NCBI GenBank assembly: GCA_046757725.1
Contig: JBHHYU010000005.1
Location: 4,947-68,946, forward strand
Reading direction: 5' to 3'
Length of the DNA: 64,000 bases
Origin: Candidatus Binatia bacterium
GTDB lineage: Bacteria; Desulfobacterota; Binatia; UBA9968
In this document: positions 10,086-19,265 of the stretch, piece after piece
How the letters are laid out: the number at the start of each line of letters is the position of its first letter
Numbering within the stretch: the first letter of the stretch is position 1
Translations under genes and position numbers: made by a program
Notes under the pieces: model-generated
Told to the model about the DNA's origin: nothing
The model's input: only the letters and a program-made list of their open reading frames with translations
The model's database searches: none

Positions 10086-10655
10086 TCAGCACTTCCGGCA
10101 GACGAGATCTCCCTTTGGAAATGGCAAGAGTACACAGTCTACTCGGGTATCGCTTCGCGCACGGTTCAGGAGATCCGTCACCACGCGGGGCGAAGTCATG
10201 TTATCGATAACCAGCCATCCACCGGGCACGAGGTGCGGAACAATCTTCTCGTAGGTCTTGGCGTTGAGCTCCGGGGGCTCGATATCGGAGAAGCAAAACG
10301 CGATCTCCTCAAAACGGTCCGCGTAGTCGAGAGCGTTGCCGTGAACGACTTGGACCGAACCTTCCGCTCCGGCGCGGGAGATGTTCTTTCGAGCAAAGGC
10401 GACCTTATTTTCATCGAGATCGATCGTAGTGAGCGTAACCCCTTTCGCGCGGGCAGCCAGGGACAGCCACAGACTAGAGTATCCGCCGCTGGTTCCCAGC
10501 TCGAGGAATGCGCCGTGTGGGGCTGACATCGCCAGGAGCGAAAGGCAGCGCCCGAGGTCTATAGGAACCGAGCGAAGTGACCGATGATCCTGTGCCGTCT
10601 GTTCCTCTAGCGCTCGCATCACCTGGTGCATGTTAGCGGAAATGTCATGAAACAC
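10086..10655 (-). CDS. Class I SAM-dependent O-methyltransferase (family 3, caffeoyl-CoA/catechol OMT-like)
   Basis: 189 aa. SAM-binding motif LELGTSGGYSSLWL and acidic motif VIDNMT. The start overlaps the stop of the upstream 465-aa gene by 11 nt. Confidence 0.7.
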   Translation of the reverse strand: MFHDISANMHQVMRALEEQTAQDHRSLRSVPIDLGRCLSLLAMSAPHGAFLELGTSGGYSSLWLSLAARAKGVTLTTIDLDENKVAFARKNISRAGAEGSVQVVHGNALDYADRFEEIAFCFSDIEPPELNAKTYEKIVPHLVPGGWLVIDNMTSPRVVTDLLNRARSDTRVDCVLLPFPKGDLVCRKC

Positions 10656-12042
10656 TTGAGCCTCCCTCGAGCTTCTCGAACGGCACGCTGCGCCGATTGA
10701 TCTGATCTTCGATATCGTCCGGATATAGATTCTCGTTCAGCAAAACATAGTCGCCGTAAGTGCCGTGAACGGGACCAAGCAAGCGACGCTCCGCAAGTAG
10801 CCCAGGCCTTCTCTTTCCAAATTGTGGCAAGTTCGACCGATATTTTTGGTAGCACTCGTACCAATTGCGCATGAGCTGCACGTAAAAGTCCAATGGAACC
10901 GGAGGCTGCTCGGCCTCCTTGCACAGAGCCGTGGACGGCTCCCGCCGCCACTGTTGAGGACGCGGAAGAATCCCGCGTGACATCAGGTATTCGAAGCCGG
11001 CGCTCGTTGATTTGACCGCCTCTGCCACGGATTGATACCCGTGGGGCCGCGCCATTTCAACACCAGAGACGAAGCTCGGCTGCATGCCCCCCTTGCCGAA
11101 AACATCCTGCGCCTCGCACATCCATCGCACCCAGTTGTCCCAACCGATACGTTGAGCTTTTCCAGGATTGATCCATTCGAAGAGACGTTTATCCCACACC
11201 TCCATGTTGAGGTGTATACTGTCGACACCGGCGGCTTTGTACCATTCCATCTCTTCCCTCGGCCGCGCATTGACCTCGAATGTAATCTTTGGCTTCGCCG
11301 CGCTCTCCTTGATGGCGCGTATGTACTCCCCGTAGAATTCCGATTCGGTTTTCCCGTGCAGCGTCTTAGTGATGGTTCCGCCGCTAAGCAAGAAGCCGTG
11401 CGGACCTGCGTCAACCTTGCGGGCATCGCTCGCGACCGCCTCGACTACTTGCACGACATCTTTCACGGATTTTACTGGAGCGGTCAGAGTGAAGTCCCGC
11501 GACAACTTCATCTGACGAGCGTTCTGGTTAATGTCACAGAACTTACACTCCTCGTGAGCCCCCCAGTATTGGCAATTCCTAAAGATCGTAATGAATGTTC
11601 CGAATGCCACAATTTCATGATAAGGCGTGCCATCAGGCAAACACTTCGCATAATAGTCGGGTATTTTCGGGTATCGGATATCGGCCAGAACGCGCCCTTC
11701 CGCTGTCAGTACGAGTCGGCCATCGACCACATCGATGAGGTAAGGAGAATGAGGGGAAAGAGAAGTCTGAATCCCCACGGGACGTAGGGCGTATGGTCCA
11801 TTAAGTAGAACGAAGTGCTCGGGAACGCGCCGATGTTCTCCCCTCTTGAGGTCGGCCATCGGTACGAGATCATAAGAGAACAATCGGTATGACTTGACCA
11901 GCGCACCAGCTGTGGCTCGGAGCGCGGCGTCGCTAAACCAATGACCCAGGCTCAGGAGATGTTGTTTGAGAATAGTCTCCTTGGGAACCTCGGGGTATTT
12001 CTGGAAATAAGATTCCAGGACTTCGGCATTAGGTTCGTTCAT
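10645..12042 (-). CDS. Putative radical-SAM-like enzyme with non-canonical C-x8-C-x2-C cysteine triad
   Basis: 465 aa. Cysteine triad CQYWGAHEECKFC, then a glycine-rich FLLSGGT stretch and an HLNMEV segment consistent with a radical-SAM TIM-barrel core. It also has N-terminal (about 165 aa) and C-terminal (about 120 aa) regions of unknown function. It is not the canonical CxxxCxxC motif. Confidence 0.4.
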   Translation of the reverse strand: MNEPNAEVLESYFQKYPEVPKETILKQHLLSLGHWFSDAALRATAGALVKSYRLFSYDLVPMADLKRGEHRRVPEHFVLLNGPYALRPVGIQTSLSPHSPYLIDVVDGRLVLTAEGRVLADIRYPKIPDYYAKCLPDGTPYHEIVAFGTFITIFRNCQYWGAHEECKFCDINQNARQMKLSRDFTLTAPVKSVKDVVQVVEAVASDARKVDAGPHGFLLSGGTITKTLHGKTESEFYGEYIRAIKESAAKPKITFEVNARPREEMEWYKAAGVDSIHLNMEVWDKRLFEWINPGKAQRIGWDNWVRWMCEAQDVFGKGGMQPSFVSGVEMARPHGYQSVAEAVKSTSAGFEYLMSRGILPRPQQWRREPSTALCKEAEQPPVPLDFYVQLMRNWYECYQKYRSNLPQFGKRRPGLLAERRLLGPVHGTYGDYVLLNENLYPDDIEDQINRRSVPFEKLEGGSSVS

Positions 12043-12462
12043 CGTCGAGACGTTACCCAGTGCGTGGATCCTTAAAGCTGGTTTCGAAACTCGATTTCAT
12101 GTGTTTTCTAAGCTTGGTACTCGCCGGGATTTATACTGCGACTTTGCCTCACTCCCGAGCGCCCTTTAGGACATCATTCTACTCCTCCGGCAGGGATTTT
12201 GACTTTTTCACAAGAAATCGTGCTAAACGGCTAATAGGCTGACTATTTACACTTCTATAGTTTAACTGTCAATAACTTTTTCAAACCCTAAGACGTTTCG
12301 AAGGAATCCCGACGATTGAGGCGTGATTGATAAGGTGCTTTAAAAAGGCGAATAAAGAGTGGCCTTTATCGCTTCCCCAAGAGAATGCCACGGTATAAGG
12401 GTTAGCAAACACTCCAAGGCGCAATTGAACGGTGCATTAATCACGCCTTGTTTTCATGCGGC

Positions 12463-13644
12463 CTATTTCGAATGATGCGACTGCTCGTAATGCTGGCGCA
12501 GGAGGTCCTTACCGTAGTCGTTGCCATTTGGGGTGCGAACCACTAGGTGGATGTGATCCTTGTAAGGCTTCTGATATTGGGGGAATGCGATACCCCGCTC
12601 GTGGTCGAACTCAATGATAATCGTCGGACTATGGACGCGGTAGTAGAACACACTGTCTTCTTCCATCTCGCCCATCCAGGCAAAGTAAGTTTCCCGCAGA
12701 TGCCGCTTCACCTCCTCCATCTTGACTTGGGCATGAGCCGGTCGGATACGACCGACGTGGAGTTCAATCAGACGGAGCAAAAGGTCGTGTTGAGAACTTG
12801 AGAGACTTTCGTAGGGGATTCCCTCGTACCGGAGCTCAAAGTTGTCGCGAAAGGCCGTGGTGAATAGACCGCGCGGCAGATCGAGAGAGAGGACAGCCTT
12901 GTTACGTTGCTCCGCGGAAAGCGCACGGATAACCGTCAGTCCCTGCTCCTCTTCAGCTTTAAACACCCGCGTGCCGCCGTACTTGCCGCCCTGGGCAAAG
13001 ACCGGCTCCGACCCCAGAAAGGTTGGGGTCATGATAATCTGGTCTCCGAGGATAAAGGTGTTGATGTTGAGATGATGGCCGTCGATCTGCCAACCCCACG
13101 GCTCAGCGGCGGAGGGTTTCCCCATAATGCTGAGCCAGTAAAGGTCCTCACCGTACTCATCGTGCTTACCCGTCATCTCCATTACTGTTTCATTGAGACG
13201 CATGACATCCCGAGCGGTCTCAAATCCCTGAGTGCTCAAACATTCTCTCAGGAGCGCAAAAGCTCCGTCACGCTGGGCATCGTTCATCTCAAATAACGGC
13301 ATCCCGTGCCGCATCAGCAGCCGATGGATATTACTCCATTTGCGCCACTCATCGGTGTCAATCGGAAATAGGGCCTTGGCACGCTGCTCCGGGTTCAGAG
13401 TTCCCAGGAAGTTTTCAGCACCTTCTCTGATGGACTGCGTGGACACACCTGTTTTCTGGATAGGGAAGAGACCCGGAATCACCGTTCCATCGGTAGTAAT
13501 CCCTTTATAAGGTTGCGCCACCGCCTCTAGCGCGTGTTTGACGTAATCAGGAGGGCCACCGCCAACTTTCAATGCCCGCTTAGTCTGTGCCGGGGAGGCT
13601 TCTGCAAGGGATGCGTTACCCGAACCTGGATTACTGTCAACCAT
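12463..13644 (-). CDS. DUF3500 family protein
   Basis: 393 aa. The C-terminal region (YFAWMGE...YYRVHSPTIIIEFDHE...HIHLVVRTPNGNDYG) matches what I recall of the DUF3500 family signature. No signal peptide. Confidence 0.5.
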   Translation of the reverse strand: MVDSNPGSGNASLAEASPAQTKRALKVGGGPPDYVKHALEAVAQPYKGITTDGTVIPGLFPIQKTGVSTQSIREGAENFLGTLNPEQRAKALFPIDTDEWRKWSNIHRLLMRHGMPLFEMNDAQRDGAFALLRECLSTQGFETARDVMRLNETVMEMTGKHDEYGEDLYWLSIMGKPSAAEPWGWQIDGHHLNINTFILGDQIIMTPTFLGSEPVFAQGGKYGGTRVFKAEEEQGLTVIRALSAEQRNKAVLSLDLPRGLFTTAFRDNFELRYEGIPYESLSSSQHDLLLRLIELHVGRIRPAHAQVKMEEVKRHLRETYFAWMGEMEEDSVFYYRVHSPTIIIEFDHERGIAFPQYQKPYKDHIHLVVRTPNGNDYGKDLLRQHYEQSHHSK

Positions 13645-14074
13645 TGTAAAACTCCTCTTTCACGCCCCCACGATGCACGGAATTCTGTACGAAGGCATCA
13701 ATATCACAGGGAAATGGGTTGTCAAACATCCTGGGATGCAATTAAACGATGCCTGAATTGATCCCATAAACTGAACGGTCAATGCTCTCGGTTTTGTCGT
13801 ATTGTATACGACAAGTTGAGTAGAGAGGAGGCGAGGTGGAGGGGGAACTTTGCAAGAGCCGACCGCACAAGAAAATCACACCAGACTTTAACCGGCAGGT
13901 TGCATTGTCTTCGCGGCATACGATCAGCCATGCGTATTGACTTATACGCTCCTCTGCTGTAATGGAAAAACTCGTATTTTCTTCCCTTTTCCTGGTCCGC
14001 TTCTCTACATCGCTGTACCCGGATTCGGGTCACATACTCGCTCCCTGAAGGCCTAGCGCGACGAGCAATAAGGC

Positions 14075-14623
14075 GTGGATTTTAGACGAGCACTACCTGA
14101 GGATCTTACCGGCATTCTTCGCCTCCAATCCGCCAACCTCAGAGGTAGTCTGAATCTCAAAGATCAACAAGAAGGTTTCCTTTCCGCTGAATTCACCCGT
14201 CGGCATCTAGTAGAGATTGCGAGCGAGATTGCCCTCCTCGTGGCAAGCGACAAGGGCCAGGTGCTCGGCTACCTGTGTTCGTACAGTTGCGTGTACAGCA
14301 AACAGTTCCCTATACTTGCTACGATGATGCGCTCATTCGACCATATTCTCTATCGGGCGAAACCCTTGAGTTTCTACAAGGCATTCGTCTATGGACCCGT
14401 TTGCATTGATAAAACGCATCGGGGTCGCGGACTTCTCCGGGGGCTCTATGCAACTCTGTTAAAGGAAGTCGGCGGAAGATACGAAGTCGGAGTCGCCTTC
14501 GTGTCCAAAGACAATCCCCATTCACTGACTGTTCACGTAAATGGACTTGGAATGGCCATTGCCGGCGAGTTTGAATTCCGCCGCCGCAACTACGATATTC
14601 TAGCATTCAGTGTTGAGTCGTAA
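14075..14623 (+). CDS. GNAT-family N-acetyltransferase (GTG start)
   Basis: 182 aa. Acetyl-CoA-binding motif A-like segment VCIDKTHRGRGLLRGLYATLL. Confidence 0.45.
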   Translation: MDFRRALPEDLTGILRLQSANLRGSLNLKDQQEGFLSAEFTRRHLVEIASEIALLVASDKGQVLGYLCSYSCVYSKQFPILATMMRSFDHILYRAKPLSFYKAFVYGPVCIDKTHRGRGLLRGLYATLLKEVGGRYEVGVAFVSKDNPHSLTVHVNGLGMAIAGEFEFRRRNYDILAFSVES

Positions 14624-14951
14624 ACGCAGGTTCCAAGCGTTTGTTCATCTTTGAGTAGGGGCCAGGCTGAACTGCCTTCAGGCCAACCCTCCTGTCTGTG
14701 CCGGGTAGGCAAACAGGTGGCTATATCCGCCGTTTCCAGCTTCGTGCCTGTTTAAAAAGGCAACAGTGCGGGAGTTCGGCTCTGAGTGAGTCCGAGAAGG
14801 GGTGAGACTCGGATCGACGGTACTATCCGACTGCATCGCCGGCGAGATGGTTAGATTCTTACGAATCCAACGTATGCCTAAAACAGCACAAGTCGCGATG
14901 TCAAGTGAATTAGAGATAAGCGAGGTGACTAGTAGGAAAATTTTGAAATTT

Positions 14952-15029
14952 ATGGTGGCGGTGGGGGGACTCGAACCCTCGACATCGCGGATATGAGCCG
15001 CGTGCTCTAACCAACTGAGCTACACCGCC
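14952..15029 (-). tRNA. tRNA-Met (anticodon CAU), elongator type; could alternatively be the lysidine-modified tRNA-Ile2
   Basis: Reverse complement reads GGCGGTGTAGCTCAGTTGGTTAGAGCACGCGGCTCATATCCGCGATGTCGAGGGTTCGAGTCCCCCCACCGCCACCA. It has the D-arm GCTC/GAGC, anticodon loop CTCATAT, T-loop TTCGAGT, discriminator A and an encoded CCA. The 1:72 G-C pair and the lack of a GGG/CCC anticodon stem argue against an initiator tRNA. Confidence 0.85.
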
Positions 15030-15065
15030 ACAGCATTGCAACTGAAAGAGATTACCCGAGGAGAG

Positions 15066-15791
15066 TCAGGTTGCGGTGGCGCCAAGACATTGCCATTGAT
15101 CGCTCACTGATCTTCGCGTCACCTTTTTGTCCCCCCTCTTGATTTGGAACAGGACCTTCTCTTTCACCTCCAGGCAGCTAAGATTATTACCAAACACGAG
15201 GCCGGTATCCAAGCCGATTTTGTACGGTAGATGAAAAAGCACTTCTCTCTGCGGAGTATGCCCAAAAAGTACGGTATAGGGGAGTTTATGTTGGTTGTGA
15301 ATGAACTCGTCACGGATCCACAGCAGCTCTTCTTCTATCTGTTGGCTGAAAGGTTTCAAGGGATGAATTCCCGCATGGACACAGAGGAAAGGTTCCATCA
15401 GGTAATGGACCTTTAGCTCCTTTAGAAATTCGAGATGACTTTCCGGTATCGAGGAGAGGGCCTCTCGTGGAGAAGCGTTTATCGGGGAAAGTCCATAACT
15501 TGCCATGGTGGCGCTGCCACCGTTAAAAAGAAACATCTGACCGTATCGGCCGGGCAGACCAAGATAGGAAAGAAACATATCTTCGTGATTTCCTTTTAGA
15601 AAAATGATGTCCTGTTTTCCATTTTGGCGGCGCTCGATCAAATAGGAGATAACACCTTTGGAGTCTGGGCCTCGATCGACGTAATCACCTAGAAAAACTA
15701 GTCGATCCAACGGTTGGAGTGGAAGGGCTTCGATAAGGCGACATAACTCATCTAAGCAACCATGAATGTCTCCGATTACGTAGCATTTCAT
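15066..15791 (-). CDS. Metallophosphoesterase (PPP-family Ser/Thr phosphatase / ApaH-like)
   Basis: Motifs GDIHG, GDYVDRG and GNHE. The start was set to the internal Met (MKCYVIGDIHG). Confidence 0.7.
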   Translation of the reverse strand: MKCYVIGDIHGCLDELCRLIEALPLQPLDRLVFLGDYVDRGPDSKGVISYLIERRQNGKQDIIFLKGNHEDMFLSYLGLPGRYGQMFLFNGGSATMASYGLSPINASPREALSSIPESHLEFLKELKVHYLMEPFLCVHAGIHPLKPFSQQIEEELLWIRDEFIHNQHKLPYTVLFGHTPQREVLFHLPYKIGLDTGLVFGNNLSCLEVKEKVLFQIKRGDKKVTRRSVSDQWQCLGATAT

Positions 15792-15904
15792 AATTGAATG
15801 CTGTATATTAAAACAATACATTGTAGAGTTCAATGCAGGTTTGGTGTTGAGGGGTAATTTCCCGCTTCCTTTAGCCCAAGCAGAGCTGGTGTCGGAGTTG
15901 GCAT

Positions 15905-16306
15905 ATGAAGCCTCGTGATATCTATTCCAGTTATGTCCTAGTAGCTGGAGTTATGTTCCTGCTATTGGGGATTGGAAACTGGACGGTTGGTGCCATACTT
16001 ATAACAAAATACGAGGCATTGCTGCACAGGACATCCCCAACCGGCCTTGAGGATAATTATCGTAGCTTTCAAGAGTTAGACCATCAAAAGAACGAAGAAG
16101 TGCTCCGGCGGATCAACCAAGACCGAGAGAGGTATAATGCAGCGCGGGTCAAGGTCGATTTCTATTCCGTTGTTCTTAGCGGGGGTAGGCTTCTATTCTT
16201 GTTAGGTGCCCTATTAACCTTTTTTGGTCTGATGGGAGTGATTCGAAAGGACACCTTGATGAAGATGAAAAAGCTTGCAAGTAATTCTCTAACGGGGCAG
16301 TCGTGA
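15905..16306 (+). CDS. Hypothetical small membrane protein (2 predicted transmembrane helices)
   Basis: 133 aa. Two hydrophobic segments flank a charged coiled region. No recognisable family. Confidence 0.3.
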   Translation: MKPRDIYSSYVLVAGVMFLLLGIGNWTVGAILITKYEALLHRTSPTGLEDNYRSFQELDHQKNEEVLRRINQDRERYNAARVKVDFYSVVLSGGRLLFLLGALLTFFGLMGVIRKDTLMKMKKLASNSLTGQS

Positions 16307-16340
16307 CAAATGCTATCGAGCTCGTTAAAAGGTCGAGAGA

Positions 16341-17363
16341 TTATTTGGAAGGTTTGGACTTCTGGTATTTCCGATAGTCATAACCGGTTGCCATTGCCAG
16401 AAGAATATCCTCCATCCCCCCATCCTTTTCTCTTCGCAGGATGAGAAGGCGGTCGAAGAACTCTTTAAAGTCTTTGGGGGTCCTCCTATTCTCATCAATT
16501 TGCTGAAGATAAAAATCTTTGATGCGCGTAATGGTAAACCTCAATGCGGAAAAGCGGAGCTCATTGGGAAACGAATCCCATTCCGGAAGGGATAGCGCCC
16601 GCAGACCTTCATAGCCGGTGATGAGTGCTTCGAAACGGTCCACTATGTAACGGCCATCGAGGAAGCAAAGAGCATTGGCAGCGGTGGCAAGGTCACAAAT
16701 AAGTTTACCCCGGCAGGCAGCCTCAAAATCGAGGATACCTGTCACACGAGACCCCTTAAACTTCATGTTGTCAGAAAAGAAATCCCCGTGAACGATTCCT
16801 TTGGGAAGATTGTTATCTAGATAGTTTTCCAAATAAGAGACTTCGTCATCTAGGACCCTGACGATATTCTTCAAATGGGCCGGAAGTTGCTGCCTGACCT
16901 CCCGATACATATTGACAATTTTCGCAAAGCCAAATCGGTTATCAATCCCTTTCTTATATCCTCTTCCCAAAAGATGGAGGTTGGCGAGAGTGTGACCCAG
17001 GACCTCCAGATGGGACGAGGTCAGGGCCTTTACGGAGATCTCCACCCCTCCCACATAGCGGCTCAAGGAAAGATATTTGCCGTGAAATTCCTGGTAGTAT
17101 TTACCCTTTTTATTTTTAACCGGCTGGAGGCAGGGGAATCCTTGCCTCTTCAGATAGAGCAGGAGATCAAGTTCCTGTTTAACCTCCACTTCGCTCTTGA
17201 CTTCGTCGATTTTAATTAAAAACCGGCCACGTTTACTTTCCAGAAGGTAATGGGTATTAACGGATCCTGTTCGAATACCGGTTAGTGACAGGACACCGCC
17301 CAGTCCAAACTCCTCTACGATCCGTGAAGATTCCCTTTTGGTTAGTGGAGTGTAAACAGCCAT
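16341..17363 (-). CDS. thrB: Homoserine kinase type II (protein-kinase-fold ThrB) / aminoglycoside phosphotransferase family
   Basis: 340 aa. The N-terminus MAVYTPLTKRE...FGLG and the catalytic segment HGDFFSDNMKF...GILDFEAAC closely resemble Pseudomonas-type ThrB (MSVFTPLER...; HADLFRDNVLF...GLIDFYNAC). Confidence 0.7.
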   Translation of the reverse strand: MAVYTPLTKRESSRIVEEFGLGGVLSLTGIRTGSVNTHYLLESKRGRFLIKIDEVKSEVEVKQELDLLLYLKRQGFPCLQPVKNKKGKYYQEFHGKYLSLSRYVGGVEISVKALTSSHLEVLGHTLANLHLLGRGYKKGIDNRFGFAKIVNMYREVRQQLPAHLKNIVRVLDDEVSYLENYLDNNLPKGIVHGDFFSDNMKFKGSRVTGILDFEAACRGKLICDLATAANALCFLDGRYIVDRFEALITGYEGLRALSLPEWDSFPNELRFSALRFTITRIKDFYLQQIDENRRTPKDFKEFFDRLLILRREKDGGMEDILLAMATGYDYRKYQKSKPSK

Positions 17364-17533
17364 TTGGTGCCTCGTGGTCTTTTTCGGGGAAACGTTCCCC
17401 GACCCGACCTCACACGAATTTTCAAAAGCTGAGGATAAAAGAAAACAGCCAAGAAGTCAATATAAAAGCGTTTTTCTGGGTATAATTCCTAGATAGATCT
17501 AAAGGACAACATTAAAAATATACTGTAACTATC

Positions 17534-17983
17534 TTATATAGCACTTTTAATTTCCCTTTTTAATTCATTTAAGTTGTTTACTTGTCGAACCCCAGGTATT
17601 TCACCCCACGCCCTGATTCCCACAACAGGTTTGGCAAGCTTGAGCGCAATTGATATCTCTGACCGGGTTCCATGAGAGCCCGGAAAGGCAACTATTAAAT
17701 CTCCCGAAGCAGCGACTAAAATGTTTCTCGCATGCCCGAGTCCGGTAGGAATGATTATATCAATGAAGGGGTTGGCTGAGTTTTTGTTGTAATCAGGTAG
17801 AATCCCTACGGTAGTCCCGCCTTTTTCTTTTGCGCCACGTGCGGCTGCTTCCATAATACCACCCAATCCGCCGCAGATTAAAACCGCACCTGTTGCCGCG
17901 ATAGTTTTACCGACCTCTACTGCCAGAGCCAGAAATCGCGGATCTCGATCGGAACTGCCTATCACGGCTATTTGCAATTGCAT
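17534..17983 (-). CDS. TIGR00725/LOG (SLOG) family Rossmann-fold nucleotide-binding protein
   Basis: 149 aa. IAVIGSS...ICGGLGGIMEAAARGA motif. Confidence 0.6.
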   Translation of the reverse strand: MQLQIAVIGSSDRDPRFLALAVEVGKTIAATGAVLICGGLGGIMEAAARGAKEKGGTTVGILPDYNKNSANPFIDIIIPTGLGHARNILVAASGDLIVAFPGSHGTRSEISIALKLAKPVVGIRAWGEIPGVRQVNNLNELKREIKSAI

Positions 17984-18022
17984 CCTTTTTTATTCCTTTT
18001 CATGCCGCCGAATATTTTTCGC

Positions 18023-18050
18023 TTGACAACGGTACTGAGCTTTATCTAAT
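18023..18050 (+). promoter_or_regulatory. Sigma70-type promoter for the cold-shock gene: -35 TTGACA, 16-nt spacer, -10 TCTAAT; followed by a ~160-nt 5' UTR
   Basis: TTGACA at 18023-18028 and TCTAAT at 18045-18050. Long 5' UTRs are typical of csp genes. Confidence 0.45.
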
Positions 18051-18210
18051 CTCAGTCGTTATCGAGCAAGGCCGCTATTCCAGCGGTACGCCATAAGGGC
18101 GGGTGTTCTATGGGTTACGTAGTAGTGTTCATGTGACACATTTTTACTGTCACGGGTTCTAAGCTCACCCGCTTTCAATTTGTCCGGGTGGGTAGGGAGG
18201 TACTGATATC

Positions 18211-18411
18211 ATGGCAACTGGAAGAGTCAAGTGGTTCAATAATTCCAAAGGATATGGCTTTATTGAAGAAGAAGGGGGTGGGGATGTCTTCGTTCATTAT
18301 ACGGCAATTCAAGGCGATGGATTCAAAAGCCTGAATGAGGGGGATAACGTCCAATTTGAAGTTTCGCAAGGGGAAAAAGGCCCACAAGCCATTAATGTGG
18401 TCAAGGTCTGA
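18211..18411 (+). CDS. cspA: Cold-shock protein (CspA family)
   Basis: 66 aa. [15 protein letters not shown] (RNP1) and VFVHY (RNP2) motifs. Confidence 0.9.
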   Translation: MATGRVKWFNNSKGYGFIEEEGGGDVFVHYTAIQGDGFKSLNEGDNVQFEVSQGEKGPQAINVVKV

Positions 18412-18627
18412 TTTTCTATTGCCGTGAAGAATCCCATTGTGGATTCGTAGAAGCTGTTTTCCCGTCAGGACGATTCAGTCAGAATTTTTCAATTTCTCCT
18501 GTGAGGGTGATGTGTCAACGGGGAAGGTCAGACGAGTGTACCCTTTTGTCAAGCGAAAGGATACTGCATCCTGCAGGGTGGGGAAACCAGAAAACGTTGG
18601 TTGATTTTTTAGCCTGATGGTGCCTAT

Positions 18628-19146
18628 GTGATTATTATGCAATCGCAGAACCAAAAGGCTAGTCTCGAGCATAGTGAGGAAGGGCTTCTGGCAGAAACAG
18701 TGGTCTTAACTCGCGTGGAGAAAGCTATTGGATGGGCAAGAAAATACTCGATTTTTCCCTATCCTTTTGCTACGGCCTGCTGTGCAATGGAATATATGTC
18801 CCTGTCAATGTCTCCCTATGATATTGACCGGTTCGGAGCCCTCTTACCTCGCTTTAGTCCCCGACAAGCTGATCTGCTCATGGTTATAGGGACGGTCAAC
18901 CATAAGCTGGCGCCTGTACTCAAGCGGGTCCACGAGCAGATGACCGAGCCAAAATGGGTCATGGCCTTTGGTGCCTGTGCTGCAAGCGGAGGATTCTACG
19001 ACAACTATGCCACGGTGCAGGGGATCGACCGCATTATACCGGTGGACGTCTATGTTCCCGGTTGCCCACCCAGACCCGAAGCAGTGCTAGATGGGCTCAT
19101 GGAGCTGCAAGGTTCAATCGCCCGTCAGAGAAAAAACCTGTCCTAA
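18628..19146 (+). CDS. NuoB-family (NADH:quinone oxidoreductase 20 kDa subunit-like) [4Fe-4S] protein, stand-alone
   Basis: 172 aa. All four N2-cluster cysteine ligands are present (ACCAMEY, GACAASGG, VPGCPPRPE). No other nuo genes are nearby. Confidence 0.7.
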   Translation: MIIMQSQNQKASLEHSEEGLLAETVVLTRVEKAIGWARKYSIFPYPFATACCAMEYMSLSMSPYDIDRFGALLPRFSPRQADLLMVIGTVNHKLAPVLKRVHEQMTEPKWVMAFGACAASGGFYDNYATVQGIDRIIPVDVYVPGCPPRPEAVLDGLMELQGSIARQRKNLS

Positions 19147-19265
19147 ATTTTTCGCTTTTGGACTTGACTTTTCTAGTTTTTGGTCATAGATATACAAATA
19201 AGTAACTATTCCAATTGGTATTATCGTTAGTAAACGTTTGTGAGACGTTAATGGAGATATCTAAA

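Noticed and set aside
10619-10951. 110-aa minus-strand ORF overlapping the radical-SAM-like/OMT junction in another frame
   Set aside because: It is a frame shadow with Arg/Ala-rich composition. The true OMT start at 10655 is translationally coupled to the upstream gene.
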